Source: Pachysolen tannophilus NRRL Y-2460 | Lineage: Eukaryota | Length of the DNA: 64,000 nucleotides | Reading direction: 5' to 3' | Assembly (NCBI GenBank): GCA_001661245.1 | Contig: KV454011.1 | Location: 1,204,724 to 1,268,723 of the forward strand | Shown: one piece after another, positions 57,339-64,000 of the stretch | Layout of the letters: each line of letters starts with the position of its first letter | Position numbering within the stretch: the first letter of the stretch is position 1 | Notes under the pieces: model-generated | The model's database searches: none | What the model was told of the DNA's origin: nothing | What the model saw: only the letters and a program-made list of their open reading frames with translations | Made by a program: the position numbers and the translations under genes

Positions 57339-58700
57339 TTATGAATGAATTGCAACTTTTTCCCTTTGTTTATCTGTATCAGCTTTCACCTCTTTTTCTT
57401 CTTCTTCTTCTTCTTTATTTTCCAGTACTTTGTTATCTGTTTTCAAATTTTCTAATCTCTTGGCCAATTCATCTATACCATCGTCAGAATGATCTATTTC
57501 AATTGTTTCCTTAGTATTTTTAGCCATTTCTTGTAATTCCTTTTCAATTTCTTGATCTTCTTTCTCCATATTGGTGTTATCAGCCAATAAGTCACTAATC
57601 TCCTCCGTCTTGTTTACTTCAACGTTAAGATCTGCAATTATTGTATTCAAATCATCCAAATCATCAATCTCACTATTCAAATCTTTTAATACCAGTGAAT
57701 TTCTAGTTAATGTATTAATTAATTCTTTATTAAATTTAGCATTATTAATATTTCTTAACAATTCATCCAAATTATTATAGTTGTTTAATTGAAGATCATA
57801 ATTATTGGTCAATTTCTTTAAAATTTGAAATAATCTTCTGGCTTTAACTTTATTATTATTATCCAAATTTCTTTTGATTTCAAGTTTTAAATCTTGTATT
57901 TTGATAGATAATTGATCTGTAATCAGTTGAATCTTGTTTAATGTGATTTTTAATTCAACAATTGATTTATCAGACTCTGAGATAATTTTTGTTTCTTCAT
58001 TATTATCACTATTAATAATATTAAATTTAATGATGTTATCATCTATTATAATTTTTTCCAATTCTCTTGATAAATAAATTAAAATCAATTCATAGTCTAA
58101 TTCTGTAATCTTCTGATATAAATTCTTCTTCTTGATAACACTATAGAAATCCAGTTTATCAATAATATAATCACAATAGTCTTGTTTCTTTAAATAATTT
58201 GATTCATAATACCTTAATACATCAATACTCAATTCTTCAAGATTCTTAATTGAAATTAAAGCATCTTTTTTCAAACTCCCATCTCTATTCCCAACATTAT
58301 AATCAAAAAAATATGTTAACTTTGAAAGTAAACTTGAAATCACTCTTTTAGACTTGATGGAACCCTTTTTAAATTCACTAATCGGTACAAGACTTTGTTC
58401 TCTTATTAAAACGTTTAATACTTCATCCATTATCCCATTAGAAAGCTTGTATACAACTCCATTCTCATATACTATAGTAAACTTGTCTATAAAAGACCCA
58501 TTATTCACCTCGACACTAGTCAAATGATCAAAAACTTTCATATCAATCAATTTCAAAATAATAAGTTTCCAAGTCTCTAAATTGCCATTATAACCATCTG
58601 GATTCCTATCCTTTAATACATGAAGATTAGAATTATACATAGAACTCAGCCTAGAACTCTTAATATATTCCTTTAACACCTTCTCAATCTCCATCGTCAT
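57339..58700 (-). CDS. CHM7: ESCRT-II/III hybrid protein Chm7/CHMP7
   Basis: N-terminal SRLSSMY...LKD.NPDGY.GN..TW region followed by a Snf7-like coiled coil with acidic tail. Confidence 0.8.
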   Translation of the reverse strand: MTMEIEKVLKEYIKSSRLSSMYNSNLHVLKDRNPDGYNGNLETWKLIILKLIDMKVFDHLTSVEVNNGSFIDKFTIVYENGVVYKLSNGIMDEVLNVLIREQSLVPISEFKKGSIKSKRVISSLLSKLTYFFDYNVGNRDGSLKKDALISIKNLEELSIDVLRYYESNYLKKQDYCDYIIDKLDFYSVIKKKNLYQKITELDYELILIYLSRELEKIIIDDNIIKFNIINSDNNEETKIISESDKSIVELKITLNKIQLITDQLSIKIQDLKLEIKRNLDNNNKVKARRLFQILKKLTNNYDLQLNNYNNLDELLRNINNAKFNKELINTLTRNSLVLKDLNSEIDDLDDLNTIIADLNVEVNKTEEISDLLADNTNMEKEDQEIEKELQEMAKNTKETIEIDHSDDGIDELAKRLENLKTDNKVLENKEEEEEEKEVKADTDKQREKVAIHS

Positions 58701-58829
58701 CAATTCAATTCAATTCAACTTAATTCAACTTAATTCAATTCAAACTAATCATCAATTTATTTATAAATTTAATCTTATTTATATTACTGTTTTGGTATTT
58801 AATTTATATATTTATTTATTTTAGCAATT

Positions 58830-58838
58830 TTTGCCACA
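58830..58838 (-). promoter_or_regulatory. Rpn4/PACE-like site TGTGGCAAA
   Basis: One mismatch to PACE, about 85 bp upstream of the HSM3-like ATG. Confidence 0.5.
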
Positions 58839-58920
58839 TCAAGAATTAGTTGTTAAACTGATTAATACTTGTTGATATTGAGATTGAAGGGATTGAAGGG
58901 ATTGAAGAGGATATTGTAGC

Positions 58921-60378
58921 ATGGATGCTGAAGAGTTGAGCTTACAGATTATCAAGCTGACGAGGGACGATTGTGTTGATGTTAGGGATGTTGAGAAATT
59001 GTTTGGTAAACTATTATCAGGTGCTGATATTGAGAACCGATTAGAATTGGTTCAATCATTGATCAAATATTTGGCCACTGGGTCTTCATTTTTTGAGTTG
59101 GATGATAGTTCGCAAAATTCTGTGATCAAGTTGCTATCATTATTATTAGACAAGTATTCTATTGATTATATTCTTCAAAATTTTTACTCTTTAAATGATT
59201 TGATCAATTTTATTAATTTGACTAAAAATAACAATGTTTTTAAATTGATTTCCAACTTATTGTTGAAGATATCACCTATTGATATTCTTTCAAATACTGA
59301 ATTGATCAAGATCTTGATAACAAAATTGAATGACGTTGAGTTGTCTTTAGGAATTATAAATTCAATTGAAGATTTTATAATGAATTTAGCCTTGGTGAAC
59401 AATAGTGAATTGATGAAAAGAAGGTTATTATCGCATGAAATTATAAATTTACTAATGTCAATGAGAAATAGTGGGAAAGATAAGCAAATTGTGAGGTTAT
59501 TGGATCTAATAAGTAATGTTTACTTAAATTTCGTTAAAGATGGTGATATTCCAACATATTTGTATTCTTTTGAATTTAAAGATTTTATTCAAGATGATGT
59601 GATGTTAGTTGTTTGCATAATTGATTTCCATAATCGGGTCTTATCGAAAATTATTGAAGATAATAATAGACTTTGCTGGTTGAGTGATAAATTGGTGAAT
59701 CAATATGAATACATTGTTAGATTGTTGTTTGACCAAAATCTTCTGGATCATGATAATAAAAGTTTCATTATAAATGAAGTTACAATATTTACAACCCAAT
59801 TATCATATTTACCTGAGGGAAAATATTTTGATAATTTAAATGGAAAATATCATATAATAGATAGGGCAATTGATGACTATACTTATAATGATGAATCGAT
59901 ATCGTTATTATCCAAGATAAATCCAAATTATTTGATGAATAAACAACAATTTTTAAAAGATTTTGCAATTTACAAAGTTAAATTCATTCCAATATTAAAT
60001 AATTTAATTCAAAAAGAATCAATATTTGAAATTGTCAAGTTGAAAAACTTTAATACATCCTCGTTGAAAAACTTGCCATCTTTAAAAGAATTATTCGGTG
60101 TATTAGTAGTAATGTCCTCTTTTAAATGGTCAACATTTCATCTTTTAAATCATTTACCATCTATAATGAACACATTGTTGGATAATCTGTTTGATATTGT
60201 TGAGCCAGAAGTTTTTGAATTAAAAAAACAAATTTTAGCAAATTTGATATTTTCCAATACTATTGAAGAATTGGGAATCTGGAACTCAAAAATAAGGGAA
60301 ACTTATAGTTTAATGTTAGATGGAAAACCGTTGAAGGATAAAGATGTTCAGGTTGCAGTCTATGATCAATTTAGTTAA
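58921..60378 (+). CDS. HSM3: Hsm3-like ARM/HEAT-repeat proteasome base assembly chaperone
   Basis: 485-aa Leu/Ile-rich helical protein of Hsm3-like size; PACE-like site upstream; gene neighbourhood fits. Sequence match not verified. Confidence 0.6.
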   Translation: MDAEELSLQIIKLTRDDCVDVRDVEKLFGKLLSGADIENRLELVQSLIKYLATGSSFFELDDSSQNSVIKLLSLLLDKYSIDYILQNFYSLNDLINFINLTKNNNVFKLISNLLLKISPIDILSNTELIKILITKLNDVELSLGIINSIEDFIMNLALVNNSELMKRRLLSHEIINLLMSMRNSGKDKQIVRLLDLISNVYLNFVKDGDIPTYLYSFEFKDFIQDDVMLVVCIIDFHNRVLSKIIEDNNRLCWLSDKLVNQYEYIVRLLFDQNLLDHDNKSFIINEVTIFTTQLSYLPEGKYFDNLNGKYHIIDRAIDDYTYNDESISLLSKINPNYLMNKQQFLKDFAIYKVKFIPILNNLIQKESIFEIVKLKNFNTSSLKNLPSLKELFGVLVVMSSFKWSTFHLLNHLPSIMNTLLDNLFDIVEPEVFELKKQILANLIFSNTIEELGIWNSKIRETYSLMLDGKPLKDKDVQVAVYDQFS

Positions 60379-60474
60379 AATAGAAAGAAGTTCTTTATTA
60401 ATTAAGCAATAGAATAAAAATAAAAATAATAACAATAATAATAATAATAATACATGTTCAACAGCGCAGCTATT

Positions 60475-62961
60475 TTATAGACAAATTTCTTCATCAAATC
60501 TACTTTTGTAAATATCTGAATTTGACTCGACGTCATATAATGATCCATTATGCTCTTGTTCCAATCTTTGAGTTAATCTAATAACTCTCCATTTTTCTTT
60601 GTCATATTCACCAAATGCACCATATGGACATGGACTATCAGTACTTCCAGAATTTTTAGAAAATTCACTATCTGGAGTACTTTTAGTGGTGCCGCTATCA
60701 ACTCTTTTCCCACCAATTGAACTTGGTGTCAATCCATGAAATGTGTCGAATGAAGGTTTGTTGACAATTGATGTGGATTTGGTGTGGTTGTGGAAAAATT
60801 CTTTAATAGGTGATGATTTTTTACCCAAACTTATCAGTGAAGTACTATAGTTATGTTGATGAGCATTATTGGAAATAAAATCACCCATTTCGTGATGTTG
60901 TTGAGATATGTAGGAAAACCTCAGGCCAGCTTCCCTCTTTTTTACTTCTTCTTCATCTTCATTATCAAAGTCTTTTGATGAGTTGAAAAATCTTTTGTTG
61001 AATCTTTTCAAAGGAGATGATGAACTTGATCTTCTTCTTGAAGGTAAAGATGTGGATGTTGATGATAACAACTTTAATTTGCTTTTTTTTGAAGGAGAGA
61101 GTTCCTTTAACTGTTGTGGATATTTGAAAAGTTCGGCATTTTTCATACTTTCCATTGGTGCCATGGAAAGTTGATTAAATTCTTCTTCTTCCTCCTCTTC
61201 TCCTTCTTCTTCTCTTTTTTCTTCTTCTTGGTGATTTCCAGGATTAAACGTAAAGTTATCAAATGTATAATCACTTTCAGTACAGTCAAGGTCACGTATC
61301 GGAGTCTTATTCCCATTTCTATATGAATGTAGAGATGGAGCACTAGAACTTCTATCTAAACATTTACTAGAATTGAAATCAAGATTAAGTTTACCTTCAC
61401 TCTCAACGCTTTGAACTTGTGATGAATTTTGAATGTATATCCCCATCCCAATTTCTTCTCTTTCTATTTCCCTTGACCATTTATCTTTATTATTTTCCCA
61501 ACTTTGAAGAGAAATGTGATTTAATTGAGTTTTGCCTGATATTGGTGCTTCTTCCAGTAATTTTGAACTTTGGCGTGATCTTGGTATATCACCCAATTGA
61601 TCCAAAACATTTACATCTCTTGATGGTGAATACTCTTGAGGTGAATTTAATTCTGGTGAACTTTCATTTCCTCTTTCAACTACTCTCTTTTGAATTTCTC
61701 CATTTTCATCTTCCTCTTCTTCTTCTTCGTGGATGACTGAATGAGGTAAATAGTCATTATTATCATTACTATTTCCATGAACATGAACTGGATGATCTTG
61801 AGTGAGTGCGAACTGAGGCAAGTACTGATTTTTTTCAAATTCTCTTTTTGAATTTACTATTTGACTTTCACCTTGTTGTAATAATGGTGGTAATAGAGAA
61901 TCTGAAATCTTTGATAAGAAATCCTTTTCATGCAGTATTGTTTTTTCGTTTCTCTTTTTCACATTCAATCTTATAGATGAACTACTTGTAATTAAATAAT
62001 TGAGATCTGTAGTTGATATTATGTGGTTGTTTTCATATAACCTTGAGCTTCTTTTATAATTATTTTCCCATGAAGTAATAATATCTTTATTATCATTATC
62101 CGAATTTGCAATTTCATAGAATGCAGATTTTGAAAGTGGTAAATTGAAATGATTTTCGTTGTTATTATTATTATTTTTTATCTCATTAAACCCACTATTA
62201 TTCATTTTTTGAGTTTTCATGGATGAGCTCTGTACTTTAGAAACTGAAAGATCAAAATGATTTCCATTATCGTTATTATTATTTGTATAACTCATTCCAT
62301 TACTTTCAACATCTTTTGAACTTCTGTAGTTGAATTCATTTGGATCTGTCACTAATGTTTGTAAAGAATCTTTATTATTTATCAGAAACCTATGATCTTC
62401 TGCAATACTTGGTGGAGTGAAAATTCTAACTGAAGCTGTTGGAGAAGTTGTTGCAGAATTTGAAGCTGAATTTGGTACACTGGTTTGAATGCATGATGAA
62501 AATAAAAATGACAACATCGGCCCTTTCAAAAAAGTTGAAATTATGAAAAGACTCATCACCCCAATTCTCAACCTCTTGGTGGTAGATTGTTCTATGCCAT
62601 TATAAATTATATTATCAAACCATACTATCCCACTTGCAATGGATAAGAAAGTGCTTATTAACATTAAAAGAAAATTAAGCACGAAAAATTTTTTAATGTT
62701 GGATTTGGCATTCTTACTAATGGAATCTATTATCACTGTTATTAAAGATGTAGCTGCTATCACTGTTGTTAAAAACTCTCCTATTATTAAAAGCAATAAT
62801 GAAGCTGTGGATCCACTTTTGGTCGCTACAAATAAAGCACAAAGTGCATCTGCTAGACTTATCAGTATCACTATGAGTATTATCACCAACTCTAAAACAC
62901 CTTCAAATATTACCATTCTCTGCTGCCAACTTTCATTATAATATAGTTTAGGTGGTTCCAT
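60475..62961 (-). CDS. Irc8-like membrane protein (about 4 N-terminal TM segments, long disordered tail)
   Basis: First ATG at 62961. Hydrophobic N-terminus, C-terminal GEYDKEKW motif, near CHM7. Family assignment tentative. Confidence 0.6.
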   Translation of the reverse strand: MEPPKLYYNESWQQRMVIFEGVLELVIILIVILISLADALCALFVATKSGSTASLLLLIIGEFLTTVIAATSLITVIIDSISKNAKSNIKKFFVLNFLLMLISTFLSIASGIVWFDNIIYNGIEQSTTKRLRIGVMSLFIISTFLKGPMLSFLFSSCIQTSVPNSASNSATTSPTASVRIFTPPSIAEDHRFLINNKDSLQTLVTDPNEFNYRSSKDVESNGMSYTNNNNDNGNHFDLSVSKVQSSSMKTQKMNNSGFNEIKNNNNNNENHFNLPLSKSAFYEIANSDNDNKDIITSWENNYKRSSRLYENNHIISTTDLNYLITSSSSIRLNVKKRNEKTILHEKDFLSKISDSLLPPLLQQGESQIVNSKREFEKNQYLPQFALTQDHPVHVHGNSNDNNDYLPHSVIHEEEEEEDENGEIQKRVVERGNESSPELNSPQEYSPSRDVNVLDQLGDIPRSRQSSKLLEEAPISGKTQLNHISLQSWENNKDKWSREIEREEIGMGIYIQNSSQVQSVESEGKLNLDFNSSKCLDRSSSAPSLHSYRNGNKTPIRDLDCTESDYTFDNFTFNPGNHQEEEKREEEGEEEEEEEFNQLSMAPMESMKNAELFKYPQQLKELSPSKKSKLKLLSSTSTSLPSRRRSSSSSPLKRFNKRFFNSSKDFDNEDEEEVKKREAGLRFSYISQQHHEMGDFISNNAHQHNYSTSLISLGKKSSPIKEFFHNHTKSTSIVNKPSFDTFHGLTPSSIGGKRVDSGTTKSTPDSEFSKNSGSTDSPCPYGAFGEYDKEKWRVIRLTQRLEQEHNGSLYDVESNSDIYKSRFDEEICL

Positions 62962-64000
62962 TTTTTGTAGAAACCAAAATTCATCAAATGCTGAGAAGAT
63001 TATATGAACCAAGAACTAAAGCACTGTTCACTTTTAAACTTGTTTTTTTTTTTTTGTTTTTTTTTTCTATAAACTCAACTTTAAAAAGACAATGACATAC
63101 TGAAGAACAATCAGTTAATTAAAAAAAAATTTTGGTAACCCCAAAAATTTTCTAGTTATCTAGGGCCCGCTAACCTTGCCGTTTGTAAATAAACGAAGAA
63201 AAGATATAGTTTGCAGCTATTTGGACGCATTTTCAGTATTTTTCCATTAAGTCTGTTTATCTATTTCCTAAAGAGGAAAATACAGAAATTGAGCCGGAGA
63301 TAGATGGATACGCAGTTTGACTATGTTTGGCGGGCATTCCTGCGTATATGTTAAGCGCTCTTATGGAGCAATATATACGCATCTGCGTACTTTCTTTAAT
63401 ACCACATATTATTTATTTAGATATCATAGTTTCAAAAACTTTCTCTATATTTGAGTTGTTTGATTGAACTATGAAATGAGAATTGTGAAAGACTTTTAAT
63501 GGCGATAGCAGCTATTCCAGTACTGTTTTGAAAAATGAGGGAAAAAAAAGAAAGAAAAAAGAAAAAAAAGTACTTTTTTAGCTAGCCAAAAGTTATATCT
63601 TTCCATCAATGAAACCGTATACATAAAAAGTGGTTTTGTAGGATAATTGTTCTAGAAGTCTCAAGTTAAATTTTTTATCATTTGCATTGCCTCTGCTTCA
63701 ATTTTTTAAGAACGCTTCAATTTTTAAAAAAACAACCACCACTGCGTATACGATATAAAATTTTTATCTTGATTTGTTTTACGAATCATTAAGAAAAGTA
63801 TAAAAGTAAACCATTTTGAGTTTTGTAGTTTTTAACCGGGTCAAGGGCGAATTTAAAAAAGATTTAAGGCAAAATAAACTCTAAGTTTAAAGGTCCACAC
63901 TTTGAGTATAGATATCACCTGGATAAACAGCAGCCCAATAGGTATTGGTTATGAAAGTCTCGATTTCACAAAAAAAAAAAAGAAAAAAAAGTGCTCGATG

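Noticed and set aside
16155..63012. N-terminal extensions in the ORF track (TTG/GTG/CTG starts for SCT1, LAA2, STT3, PIB2, ERG4, SCL1, HOS2, IRC8-like and others)
   Set aside because: Artefacts of prokaryotic start-codon rules; I used the first in-frame ATG or the spliced start instead.

Overview
AT-rich budding-yeast (Saccharomycotina) chromosomal segment with about 27 protein-coding genes. I recognised no tRNA, rRNA, transposon or CRISPR. Gene order: FDO1-like, SUB2 (2 introns), T5orf172/MUG113-domain gene, MSB2, IRC19, REC102 (spliced; only a fragment appears in the ORF track), MCY1, SNU71, SCT1, LAA2, CTF1/FarA-like TF, PUF4, STT3, PIB2, PMA1, UBX7-like, YHB1, BNI4, LYS14-like TF, MUP3, ERG4, SCL1 (1 intron), 2OG-Fe(II) oxygenase, HOS2, CHM7, HSM3-like, IRC8-like. 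Main observations: (1) many in-frame CTG codons sit where Ala or another small/polar residue is expected rather than Leu, suggesting a reassigned CUG codon, most likely CUG=Ala as in Pachysolen-type yeasts; (2) a hidden spliced REC102 with weak splice signals; (3) a 665-nt SUB2 intron containing two stem-loops; (4) the conserved C-terminal motif of the UBX gene is out of frame behind an A11 run; (5) several promoter motifs match their neighbouring gene (Upc2/ERG4, Met31/MUP3, Rpn4/SCL1 and HSM3, CCTCGG/CTF1), and two motif clusters are unexplained (GCCCY x9; TGCGTA x5). Homologue comparisons are from memory of the families, not from a database search.
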